The notes under the pieces are model-generated. The model had not been told where the DNA came from. It was given only the letters and a program-made list of their open reading frames with translations, and did no database searches. Made by a program: the position numbers and the translations under genes. Positions 32,721 through 44,615 of a stretch of 64,000 nt of DNA are shown one piece after another (positions within the stretch are counted from its first letter, which is position 1; the number at the start of each line of letters is the position of its first letter). Source of the DNA: Podarcis erhardii (Eukaryota); assembly GCA_964252035.1 (NCBI GenBank), contig OZ176203.1. The stretch is one strand, 5' to 3'.

Positions 32721-34513
32721 TAAGTAAATTAAGCTCTCAAGGTGCCAGTTTTCTATTTCTAATTTAAAGTGGTGGGAATCCTCAGTGCTCCTATGAATTT
32801 ACAAGCCACTTCAATCAATTGTTTATTATAGAGTCACAGACCAGTTTAAAAAGAACAAAGAACAATAACACAATAATTAAAACATACACATCTAAAATAA
32901 AACGTAATGCAAATAATAAAAACAAAAAATACATATTTCAATTAAAATGAGAGTTATAAGCGGCTTTTGCACACATCTATGAAAGGTCCAATTAACCTTG
33001 TCTGCAGCCTCAACCATCCTGAGTGAGAACCTCTCTGGTTTGAAAAGCATTTTCACTTTGCTAAGGTCTTTTTGGGCCACAAAAAAGGAAAGAAAGTGAA
33101 ACCTGGATGACTACTAGAAACATCTGTATGTTACAATGTAAGACAGCTTCAGCTGTTTAAATTCTTTGAATTTTGTTGCACAAAAGGTTTCATGAGATTA
33201 AAAAATGATCAAAACACAATATTTTTGGAGGCAGGGAGAGGAATTATTAGAAACAAATTTTCCATGTAAAAAATCCTAACAAAAATGCATTTTAACCTAC
33301 TATTTCCATTTTAAAAGGTTACATCAGATTGCCTCCTTCCCTCCTATGTAGACTGCTTCTCTCCCCTCCCCATGTCCTATTTCTCAGGCCTTCATGAGAA
33401 CACCACAACCGCTATCTGCTATGTACAGATTCTCTAACAATATCAGAGGGCCTTATTACATACCACTTCACTTGTACTTGCCCATCGTAATTTAATAAAG
33501 TCAACCTTCTATTATAAACAGCAAAATATTCTTACAAAAAAATGCTGATTGACATTTTCCCCTGACGGTCTTCCTGACGAACACATTTTTTTAAAAAAAC
33601 CATCCTTTTATGTCTTCTTCCATCAAAGCTTAGCAATTAGTTTATGTATCAATCCACACATTGTCTAAACGAAGAATTCCTGAACTAGCTTCAGTGCAGA
33701 AATGGCCTCTAGATACTGTTGGGTAATGTATTTTTTACTAGGTCCAATAGCAGAACTAGCCTACTTTGAACAAATGTTGCATAATGACAAGAGAAAGCAC
33801 AGAGTATAAAGAACCCTTCTGTTCTATTTTGTTTCAATGACTAGCCTCCTAATTTCTTCTGACAGGGCATAGAAATGAGGCTTTGTGCAAGTCTACAACA
33901 GAAAAGCAGTTTTGAGTTTCTCAACTTAATCAAATACCAGTAGCACAGATCTTGGGAAACAAAGGTTCCCATAAGGCATTTCAACCTCAGTGACATTAGG
34001 TCATCACGATCAGTTTGTAATAAAATAAAATCCCTGTTTACTTAGAGAACAGTCAATGGGATTGGGCTGGCCCAAGACATTTGGCTAAAAGACTCGAACT
34101 CTTGGCTTGGCAAATCCCAAAAGCTTTATTGATAAAATCAGCACTGTCTCATCAGCTCTAACTACAGGATACATAATTCAATGGTTCATAAGTAGACCTC
34201 TAGGAAACATGGCTAGCCATAAGTCCCAACCACGGTTCAAAATTAGAAGGGCGCAAGGCACACTTTGCGCCTAAAGATTCTTCTCAATTTGCAAGCACCT
34301 CCAAAAGTCTGGGCGCCATTTTTGGGGCCTGACTGACACTCAAGGATTACAGAAATGTGTGTGCTTTGAAGTTTAGATTAAGGATAGACAATATGTTAAG
34401 GAGTTTAACAATAAAGAGTAGAGTGTGTTGAAAACTGGTATGGTACCAATATTTTTTGTTAAACATGCATTAACAATTTCTGCTAAAAATGTGATATTAA
34501 CAATGTGTCACTT

Positions 34514-34766
34514 AAGAAGAGAAGAAGAGTTTGGATTTGATATCCCGCTTTATCATTACCCGAATGAGTCTCAAAGCGGCTAACAGTCTCCTTTCCCTTC
34601 CTCCCCCACAACAAACACTCAGTGAGGTGAGTGGGGCTGAGAGACTTCACAGAAGTATGACTAGCCCAAGTTCACCCAGCAGCTGCATGTGGAGGAGCGG
34701 AGACGCGGACCCGGTTCCCTAGATTACAAGACTACTGCTCTTAATCACCACACCACACTGGCTCTC
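34514..34766 (-). mobile_element. tRNA-derived SINE, Squam3-like, full length
   Basis: Minus strand GAGAGCCAGTGTGGTGTGGTGATTAAGAGC...GGGAACCGGGTCC (A/B boxes) ... GCCGCTTTGAGAC...AAAGCGGGATATCAAATCCAAACTCTTCTT tail. Confidence 0.88.
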
Positions 34767-35401
34767 TTATGTGAATTGCTTATCAAAATGATAGTATTAG
34801 TTCATGCTTATCAAAATAATAAATAAAAAGTGTTGCCACACACCCCCAGTGGCGACTAGACATTCTGTTTTGGCTCCCACAACCCATGTCCCACAAGCCA
34901 TTTGGCTCCTGGCTTTTCTATCCCAGTTTCTAACAATGACTCACAACATTTGACATGCTCCCGTCCCCCCGCTCTGCTTTTAAAGATTGGGGTGAAACCA
35001 AGCAGGTGTGCAGTTCTTGTCCCAAGTGGGAAGTCAGTGCTTGCAAGTGAGCACTCCTATGGAAAGGAGGACATGTCCTTGTGATGGGACCAAAACCCAA
35101 CCCTCTGACTCCTGCTCCAACAAAGACTCAGTCAACTCCCATCAACTGGACAGCTGCCTCTATGACCAAGAACTTCTTTCTCTGGAGGTGGAGAAGAGAC
35201 TGACTGAACGAACTCTGAGTAACAACAGGCACTCGCCATGTTACAACAGCTGCAACACAGTGCCGGGCTGGGTGCAAGGTGTTGTGGCACAGCAGCTTCC
35301 TGGCTCCCAAAAGCTCCTGCGCCATACCATGCTGGATAAGCATGCTGGGGGAGGAGATCTCCTACATGGTGGCTAGAGCATGGCAGGGGCATTCTTTCAG
35401 T

Positions 35402-35612
35402 AAAAGATAAAGCTAAAGGACTCCCGGACGGTTAAGTCCAGTCAAAGGCGACTGGGGTTGTGGCGCTCATCTTGCTTTCAGGTCGAGGGAGCTGGGGTTT
35501 GTCCGCAGACAGCTTTCCAGGTCATGTGGCCAGCATGACTAAACAGCCTCTAGCACAACGGAACAACGTGCTGAGTAACAGAGCACACGGAAACACTGCT
35601 TACCTTCCCGCC
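35402..35612 (-). mobile_element. Sauria SINE, 3' half
   Basis: Matches the 3' half of the copies at 49630 and 58193, with a degraded (ACCTTT)n tail at 35402-35420. Confidence 0.85.
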
Positions 35613-35710
35613 CTTCCAGTTGGGAGCTGTAGTTCAGCAACACCTGGCGAGTCAAAAATTCCCATTCCCCATTCCCAACCTAAACAAATCAAAGCAAAAT
35701 GTTTTTTACA

Positions 35711-35738
35711 CTCTCTCTCTCTCTCTCTCTCTCTCTCT
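35711..35738. repeat. (CT)n microsatellite
   Basis: Direct reading. Confidence 0.95.
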
Positions 35739-37267
35739 ACCTTTTCCCTTCACTGATACATCAGCACAAAGCAAGAATGTGAGCAAGTTTTAATGTTGCT
35801 TTTAAATTACATTTAGTAATTTAGTATAAACACAAGGAATCATAAACTGCTTTTGATCCCTGAATTTAAACAATCATGAAGAACAATTGTATATTTTGAA
35901 CTTTTAAAAAAAAATTCATCTGCTATTCTAAAACCTAGACTGTTTTCTACTCTATCACTAAAAGAAGAAAGGAGCAACAAAGACTTTAAATGGAAATGAA
36001 ATCAAGGTACCCAACAGATTCAAAACTTGCCATGCTTTTTGTGGGTTTTTTGCAAGCACAGTCTTGGAATCAGCTCTGCGAAATGTATAAAGTTTTACTG
36101 ATACAGGCATTTCCTAACTTGAGATTGCCTCAGCCACTTGATAGCATGATAACTTCCTTAGGCCTTTACGGAAACTCTCTCTCTCAGCTTCCCTCTCTTG
36201 CTAGTCTGGAACACAGCTGTTCAATTAATCAGTCTGTTTATTTGAGGATGCCAACCCTCAGAAAGCAGGAAAATTGGGATCTTTTCCTTCTAACTCCATA
36301 TGCAATTTTACTTTAAACTCCTCGTAAGCACCATCATATGTACTGCTTTCTATTAATATGTTAACCATATGAACATTTTCTCACTTTCTTGTTTTCATAA
36401 AAATAAATTGCTCATCTAATAATGGGGGGAAGGAAAATTATTTACAAGAAACAAATAACCTTCCATTTTTTTTCCTTCACTTTTACTTCCTAATACACTT
36501 TAGGCATTTACTAAGTCGTAACACCCTGTTTCCCAATCAGAATTTGATTAGCCCACGGCTGACTCTGCACATAATGTTAAACCGTAGTTTAATACTATGT
36601 GCACAGTTTTTAAGCACACGTGTTCCCCCTCTCCCCCAGAATATATCTGAGCTCAGACTAACGATGGCTAATGTTAACTATAGTTCTTCATGGTAGGAGT
36701 GGCTAACCTTTTCCTTATACAGGGACACACTGATCCATGGTCAACCTTCATGTCTAAGTGGGTGTGGCCATTATTTATTTATTTTTTAAAAGAAATAAGG
36801 AGAACATTTTAAAGGTTTGGGTGGAATTGCCACAAAACATCTTGTGGCATCACAACCTATTGGGCAAACAGGAAAGGCCAATAAATAAATAAAATTTGAA
36901 AAATAGTAATATGGTGGTAGTTTTGAAGGCCACAATCTCTGTGTGTGTAACAGGATGTGTATGAAAATAGTCAGTTGGGGGACGACGACACATTTTTTGA
37001 AAAGGAAAAAAATTGGGCCACACCTGGTTAAAAGAAGTAAGTCAGCATCAGAAACCATGGTATGAAGTTAGCCTGTTTCCCTAAACCACAGTTTGCAAAC
37101 AAATAACACTTAGCAAACAGATTGTATTAATTACTTAAACTAATTAATGGCATTGTAAATTGTAGATTTTATTTGAAATACCATACATAAATAAAAACAT
37201 TGTAATATCTAAAACGATTACACTGGGATGTTGATTTATCTCTTGCTGAGAAGAGGAAACCTATTTC

Positions 37268-37392
37268 AGGAATATGGAATCTGCAGCCTCCAGATATTAT
37301 TGGATTACAATTCCCATCATCCCTGCCCACTGGCCATACTGGCTGGGGCTCATGGAAGTTCAGCAACATATGTATGACTGCAGGTTCCCCAT
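37268..37392. mobile_element. Degraded palindromic hAT-type MITE
   Basis: Contains the 'ggattacaattcccatcatccct...ggctggggctcatggaagtt' core seen in the 2068 MITE; ends decayed. Confidence 0.5.
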
Positions 37393-37843
37393 CTATGTCC
37401 TATTCCTGGAGAGGGAGAAAGGTTAAAATGCATGCTGCACCTTCTATCAGTGAAAACAATTTCTTTAAAATAATAAAGATCACTAGGGTCTATAGGTGCA
37501 AGATGCTGACTACCACCTCAGCAGTGAAGACTCCCTTGAAATACCTAGAGGGGATGGATGAAATTCAATAGGGACCCATAACTGAGTCATGTGCCAGTGG
37601 TTCCTCACTTCTGCTGTAATGCCTGATACAACAGCTTAAAATGGACATGTTTACCAATATAATCCATGTATTCAAATATATATGCTTGTATATATAATTT
37701 CCATGCAGTTTCACATACTTACTTTCTCTCCTACTTTTTCTCTACATTTCTGCTACCTTTACATTTCCCCCAGATATTTATTGCAATCTATGCATTATAT
37801 CCTTTGTGTGAATAGACATATTCTGTGTAGTATTCAAGATGTA

Positions 37844-38054
37844 CAGTGGGGTTAAGTACTTAATTTGTTCCGGAGGTCTGTTCTTAACCTGAAACTGTTC
37901 TTAACATGAAGCACCACTTTAGCTAATGGGGCCTCCTGCTGTCGCTGCTGCACGATTTCTGTTCTCATCCTGAAGCAAAGTTCTTAACCCGAGGTACTAT
38001 TTCTGGGTTAGCGGAGTCTGTAACCTGAAGCATATGTAACCCGAGGAACCACTG
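37844..38054. mobile_element. Tigger-like Tc1/mariner MITE
   Basis: TA|CAGTGG(deletion)GGTTAAGTACTTAAT ... AACCCGAGGAACCACTG|TA; family shared with 42067, 56394 and 63515. Confidence 0.88.
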
Positions 38055-38305
38055 TATTTAGCCTAAAAACAAACAAACCTCAAAGCACATACTATTGATA
38101 TATCAAGTTAGAAGTTAGTGAAGTTAAAATATCCCTCTCCTAAATGACATGTTTGGTAGATCTTCATCTAAAGAGAGAACAGTCACTTGATAATTCAACA
38201 GCTGTTCCAAAATCACCATTTTATACAATGACCTACTTTATGTCAACGTTCCCCTCTGGGCCTTGTGTGAGCTGTCACAACTGCACAAGCCTGGGAGCTC
38301 TTTTT

Positions 38306-38341
<36 letters not shown>
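38306..38341. repeat. (ATC)12 microsatellite
   Basis: Direct reading. Confidence 0.95.
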
Positions 38342-39504
38342 TAATTAATTTATGCATTCCTGGTTTTACTACAGAAGTTGCCAAAGGCAATTCACTAATC
38401 TAAGAAGTTGGATTCAGTTTAAAGTATCACCTAGGCAACAGAAACAGCTGCGATTTCCCCTGCTTCTGAAACCTACTTTAGTGTCTAACATCAAAAAATA
38501 TGAAGCTTCAAGATGTAGCAACACTCAGACTTTGAAATGGTGATCTAAATAATTAAAAAATGCATCGATAAATTCAAAACCAAGGCTGTATTCTGCATTT
38601 GTCTTCGGATGCAAATAACTTAACATGAATTGCACAGAGTCATCCAGCCTGGCAAGAGAAAATCATAGGCAAAGTGGGCCAAAACAGCAGGGGAGCTGTC
38701 CAGCTAAAGAATGCAACAAAAGAGGATGGGCATAAAAAGATGTTGCACCAGCAGCCACTAGGCAGGAACTGAATGGTTTTACTTTCGGAGCTATTAACCC
38801 ACACCCTTCCAAGGGCATAACTTGGTCATGATCCAGAACTTCTATTAGCTCTTATCTCTTCCGTGTTGCCAAATGGACTGTCTCTCTATTAGTGGGGCAG
38901 GAGAGTTGAAAATTTATTTCACATCTGGCAACTAATGTGCCCCTTTGGTTTCAGATAGTACACAGGTAGATAAGTCAAAAAAGCCTGGTACACACATTTT
39001 TGCAGTCCTCTAGCGGCTATGCTGGCTCATTTATGAGAAGTAATGTAGTGTTAACTATGGAAGTGTATACTTGATTCTGACCAAACTAAGCCTCCTAGGA
39101 CTGGATTTGATCCTGGGCCCATAATTGTCTCTGGTTCTGGTGTAGGATGGTGAAGTGTCCAGAGTTGTGTAGAAGTTGGTGGATAATACATCCCCTAATT
39201 CTGCAACCTCCCACCAAAAGGGAAACTCTGCCTTCTAGAGTTGCAACCTCAGGCTATCCCTCAGGGTTTCACAACTGCCTCTGGTCCCAATCTCTGCTAA
39301 GGCCAGTGCTGGGGGTTAAACACATCTGGGTCACAATATTTGGGTTTAACCACACACATCTGTATGGGACCCAGCATGTGACCAGACCCTGATCCAGATA
39401 AGACATATTCACACGTGTCCTGTCCTTCCTTGAAGAGCTCAGGATGGTGTGAATGATTCCTTGTTTTGTTTTAATTCACACAATCTTATGAGAAAGATTG
39501 ATAA

Positions 39505-39570
39505 TAATTTTATTATTTATACCCTGGCCGTCTGGCTGGGTTTCCCCACCCACACTGGGTGGCTTAAAGT
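39505..39570 (-). mobile_element. L2 3' terminal stub
   Basis: ttattatttataccctggccgtctggctgggtttccccacccacactgggtggc matches the L2 3' hairpin region. Confidence 0.75.
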
Positions 39571-39599
39571 ACATATAAAAACAAAGTAAACATAGATTG

Positions 39600-39700
39600 A
39601 GAAATAGTAACTGGCCCAAGGTCACCCCGAGTTTCACTGCTGAGTGGCAATTTGAATTCATATCTTTCTAGCACTCCAGCCACTGCATTATACTGGTTCC
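39600..39700 (-). mobile_element. Old MIR/CORE-like SINE fragment
   Basis: agtaactggcccaaggtcacccc...ctgagtggcaatttgaa resembles the MIR/CORE-SINE core; recognised by resemblance only. Confidence 0.5.
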
Positions 39701-41000
39701 CAGGCCATGCCTGATCTTCTCCTAACTGTTCACCTCGCCTTGAGTTCTTGTTCTGTGCTGCCCAGTCAGCATTTCCTGCCACTTCTTTCCACAAAGCTTT
39801 TGGTCCTGATCCCAGTTTTTACTGGACTCAGATAACTGACTTGGCTGCAAGCTCAGTTACTTCTGATTTTGTCACCTTGACTAGGCTACTTACCCAGTTC
39901 CCAACTTACCGGTATATTTGCAACCAACTCTGACTTAGTATACAACTTTCTCTGGATCTCCTCCAGCAATCCATCCAAACCCAGTCCCGTTCATGTAGAG
40001 ACTCACTTTTACAGTTCCCTTGTACTGATCTGTCTAAGGCAAAGCAGGACATGCAAGACTGCTTCAACAACTCTTAGGATCCATTGCAAGAAACTGCAGG
40101 CTGTGCAGTCAGACAGAACGGCCTGAGGGCAAACAGTCACTGTGGACAGTCACTTAATCCATGAGCTGTCGTTTTACCACAACCTCTCAAAATCTCAAGT
40201 TGTGTTTTAATCCAAACTGTGAAGAGTCTGGAATCCCTGAAGCAATTAAGTGTTGCTGTCATATTCATTAACAGTTTGCTCGGAGTCCTGGTCTTGATGG
40301 GAAATATGTTGATGTTCATGGTTAACATCAACTTGACATTCTGTCTTAATTTCAGCTCTTAAACACTGCTCAAAGATTTCTAAACACATGTACCGCATTA
40401 AGAATGTGCATTTGGAATCACACATTCTGACAACTGACCTCTAAAGTATAAACCCATTTATAAGCTCATTTATCTTAGGCATGCCGGAGGTAGCTCTTTG
40501 GATTCTGACCCACATTTTGGAGAAGTAATGGTTTAGAGAGTAACTGGTTTAATCTCAATGAGCCAGGAGGAAGAAATAAGTTTTAAGATTATACAGTATT
40601 AAGGTTTTTTAATTTACAGGGCAGCAGCTGAAATGCTTTAAGCATCTATGCACCAATGCAACTTGATTACTAATATCAGAAAAGCGGTAATATAAGTCAC
40701 TACCCTTCTACATGTTTTGCTTCCTTAACAGAACAGGATGCCTCAGGGTGCACAAGCTATAACGATTACATATTCCAATCAACTTAACATCACAACGGAG
40801 TATTCCAGGGTTCAGACAGTGCTTTATTAACCCACAATGTGTGTCAGAAAGTTCTAAACTATGGTTTCACTGTATACAAATGAGTCTCAAGCTAAAAAGC
40901 TTCCAACTAGACAAAATTTTATATATATATATTATTCACTTTACTGGAGTGTGTTACTGCCTAGCTGCTTCTATATTCACCAACTTCTATATTCATCACA

Positions 41001-41203
41001 GATAGGTAGCCGTGTTGGTCTGCCATGGTCAAAACAAAAAATTCCTTCCAGTAGCACCTTAAAGACCAACTAGTTCCAAAAGGAAAAACAAAGGAGTTCC
41101 AAAAGGAAAAACAAAACATTTACCACTCTCAACTGGAGCTACTGAAAAAACAGAAAAATAGTTGGTCTTTAAGGTGCTACTGGAAGGAATTTTTTGTTTT
41201 GAT
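41001..41203 (-). mobile_element. Third Penelope-derived fold-back insertion with foreign filler
   Basis: Long arm 41001-41072, 86-nt loop, short inverted arm 41159-41202 (44-bp perfect inverted repeat with 41029-41072). 13-bp TSD TATATTCATCACA (40988-41000, 41204-41216). Confidence 0.92.
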
Positions 41204-41231
41204 TATATTCATCACAAGAAGTGACGTCCTG

Positions 41232-41325
41232 CTAAGGCTGAGAAAGACCTCTGTCTGAAATTCCAGTCAGTAGACAGTACAGAGCTAGCAATGGTCTGGC
41301 TCAGTATAAAGGCAAGTGTTCCTAG
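41232..41325 (+). mobile_element. Squam2-like SINE 3' fragment
   Basis: ccagtcagtagacagtacagagctagcaatggtctggctcagtataaaggcaag resembles the body of the SINE at 47336. Confidence 0.55.
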
Positions 41326-42066
41326 CAGCACAAATAAATACAGAATGCGTTCATATGAGCACAATACAATCAGTTTGGGGCATGACTTATTCTCAGCTGG
41401 GGTTGTTGATGAATAAGCACAGCAAGACCAATTGTATAGATCACACACCTAAGGAAGGGAAATTACTTTCTTTAGTAATGTAGGCATTCTAAGGATTTGT
41501 CAAGACCCTGATTCCACAGCCCTTAATTTGCTATAATCAATTCCAATTCTGTGGTTTCACTTTGCTTAGAAGTATGGCAAGTTTAAGGTGTGAGGTTGAA
41601 ATGCTCTTCCACTGGATTCTCCATGCATTTGTACTCTGCCTAGTGCTGGGAAACGCTGCTGTGCCTTGCATTGCTTGATTTTTTGACCTCACCTAATGCA
41701 TATGTACGTATGTGTAATACATTTTCTCCTTCTCACAATGCTCAGGGCATTTATATGCCTCTAATTGCTTTAAATGTGAAATGTGTTATGGCAAATGAAA
41801 GCTTAGGCCATCAGTGCTTTGTTAGTCTTCAAGCGCTCCAAAACACTCTGCTGCAATTGCTGCAACAGACTATGTGGCTACCCCCTGGTATATTTCACCC
41901 TACACCCCCCCCCCCGAACTTAATCAGAGGTACTTCTGAGCAAGTCTGTCCACTTTTATTGGGCGATGTCTAACTAAGCTATACTCTGAGCAGACCGATT
42001 TCAGTGGGTTTACTCTAAGTACAATATCTGCCACAAATTGTTTATAGCTGATGGACATCTACCATA

Positions 42067-42270
42067 CAGTGGTACCTCTGGTTACGTACTTAATTCGTTC
42101 CGGAGGTCTGTTCTTAACCTGAAACTGTTCTTAACCTGAAGCACCACTTTAGCTATTGGGGCCTCCTCCTCCTGCTGCTGCTGCTGCTGCTGTTGCTGCG
42201 CTGCCGCGCAATATCTGTCCTCATCCTGAAGCAAAGTTCTTAACCCGAGGTATTATTTCTGGGTTAGTGG
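42067..42270. mobile_element. Tigger-like MITE, right end truncated, with expanded (CTG)n
   Basis: TA|CAGTGGTACCTCTGGTTACGTACTTAATT...; body matches 56394; right TIR missing. Confidence 0.85.
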
Positions 42271-43344
42271 GAAACAAACCTGTCTACACAGGCCAGCAAT
42301 CATCTAATTAAAAAATTGTCTAACTGACCTAGAAAATTCAGGAATGAAAAAAAAAATCTATACCCAAGCGACTTACAAAAATACAGAATATAGAGCATAA
42401 TGTCTTCAATCTGTTCTGATCTGCACACAGAGAGATGGTAAAAAAAAAACCAGTACCAGCCAAGAATTTCATGTTTGGAGACAGAGGCCACAATCCTGTG
42501 CCCATTCTGCTAGGCGTACACTCTACTAAACTTAATGATGCTTACTTTTTAGTAAACACATCTAAGATTCCATTGTTACTTGGTCTATTAACAGCACAAT
42601 CCTAACCATACCTATTCAGAAGCAAATTCTATGGATTTCAATGGTGTTAACTCCTAGCAGGGTTAGAATTGCAGTTTTGGGTATGCGGAGCTGTACATAC
42701 TGAGGCCCCCAGAGCCATATGAGTCGATCTTCTCAAACAACATTTGTGTGGGCAAGGTATAGACACTCTGAAAACAATCACTACCTGCCTGTCTGGCCAA
42801 TCTTTCATTTATATTAGCAGCAGCCATCCGTGTCATAGAAAGGAGATGAGACTTGGTGAGAAAGTATTGTGACTGAGGTGAGGAGGGATGATTTTGTTTG
42901 TTAATACAAAGTTGGGGGCGGGAGATACATTTTATGCCTACAGTTACTCATCTGCTTTGACGCTATCACACTCCCTGCTAACAGGAAATTTGAAAACTTG
43001 CACAAATGTCCCCATCTCTGATCTGCAGCACAGACCTGCTAGCTGGATAATAATTGGCAGAATGAAAAGGACAAAACTGGGACAGGATATAACATTCCTC
43101 CCTCCCTCCCGCTACTTTCCAGAATACAAAGCATATATGATGTGCGTCAAGCAATGAACAAGACTACATAGGTTGCCTTAATGTTCCTGTTAGTTGATAT
43201 CAGTGTGGGGGTTTTTTTATGTTGTCATTTAGGCTCCAGGCTTCCTATTCTTCTCAGTAGAAGCACCCATCAGTTCCCATGTTCAATCAGCTGTCTCCAA
43301 TTACATACAAAATAAACAGCAAAGAATACACCATGTGCTGTGTT

Positions 43345-43973
43345 TCAGTAAATGGCGCTGTGGAATAAAAAACTGAGCCTCTTGGAAGGTCAGCGGTTTG
43401 AATCCCCACAATGGAGTGAGCTCCTCTTGCTCTGTCCCAGCTCCTGCCAACCTAGCAGTTCGAAAGCACGCCAGTGCAAGTACCATATATACTCGAGTAT
43501 AAGCCGACTTTTCCAGCACATTTTTTATGCTGAAAAAGCCCCCCTCGGCTTACACTCAAGTGAGGGTCCTTTTGGGCTGCTCCTTCCTCCTCCGCCTTTG
43601 CCGCTGTTCTTCCTCCACCACTGCCGCCACCAGCCTCTGATGTGGTGAACCGGCTTATACTCGAGTCAATAAGCTTCCCCAGTTTTCTGTGGTAAAATGA
43701 GGTGCCTCGGCTTATATTCGGGTCAGCTTATACTCGAGTATATACGCAGATAAATAGGCCGCGGGAAGGTAAACGGTGTTTCCGTGCGCTCTGGCTTCTA
43801 TCACAGTGTTCCTTTGTGCCAGAAGCGGTTTAGTCATGCTGGCCACATGACCTGGAAAGGTGTCTGTGGACAAACACCGGCTCCCTCGGCCTGAAAGCAA
43901 GATGAGCGCCGCACCCCATAATAGCCTTTGGCTGGACTTAACCATCCAGGGGTCCTTTACCTTTTACCTTTAC
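43345..43973 (+). mobile_element. Sauria SINE interrupted by a nested MITE
   Basis: The 5' half ends ...ccagtgcaag|ta and resumes gataaatagg... at 43749; (ACCTTT)n tail at 43955-43973. Confidence 0.88.
43483..43746. mobile_element. Tc1/mariner (Tc2-like) MITE nested in a Sauria SINE
   Basis: TIRs CCATATATACTCGAGTATAAGCCGAC / GTCAGCTTATACTCGAGTATATACG; inserted at the SINE TA (TA left, CA right); internal copies of the CGGCTTATACTCGAG motif. Confidence 0.85.
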
Positions 43974-44464
43974 TTCAAATGTAGTTTTACTTTTTAGGGG
44001 ACTATGCACAGGGGCAGAGCCCTCCCCTCAATCACTGCAGCTGGTCCAGAAGCTGCTTATGGTGCAGGATGGAGCATGTTATCGTGCACATCTGTCACAT
44101 CTCTTAAATGAGCTGCATGAGCTACCGGTGCACTTCCAGGCCAGGCTTAAAGTTCTTAAACAGATTTACAAAAGCCTTAAATCAAGGACGTGGGGCCTCA
44201 GACCCAGGGATGATTTTCACACCTTTGGACTACAGAAACATATGAGCAAGACACAAATTAAGACATAGTTGCCTGTTCTATCTGCAGCAGGCATAGGGAA
44301 TCTGTGGCTATCCAAATGATGTTGGGCTACAGTGCCAACCATTTTTATGTATAAAAATACTTATAAACCAAAATTTAATTTTAAAAAGTATGTAACATAT
44401 ATACAACAAAAACTATTTTCTTCTTCTTTAACTGTCTGCAAAGGTTGCTGAGAGTTGCTAGCAG

Positions 44465-44615
44465 ACCCTATTCCCCTCCCAAAGGTACAATTCCCAAAGT
44501 ATACTAACATCCAATCCCTCTCCACAGGGAACTTTGGGAATTGTAGTTGTGAACGGAACAGGGGGCCTCTAACAACTCTCAGCACCTTCATCTAACTACA
44601 GCTCTGAGAATTTGG
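44465..44615. repeat. Palindromic interspersed repeat, unclassified (MITE-like)
   Basis: tacaattcccaaag ... ctttgggaattgta inverted repeat followed by a conserved-looking 'aacaactctcagcacc' segment. Confidence 0.5.

Noticed and set aside
35008-35392. 122-aa ORF or possible solo LTR
   Set aside because: No recognisable domain, no clear TG...CA ends or TSD; left unannotated.
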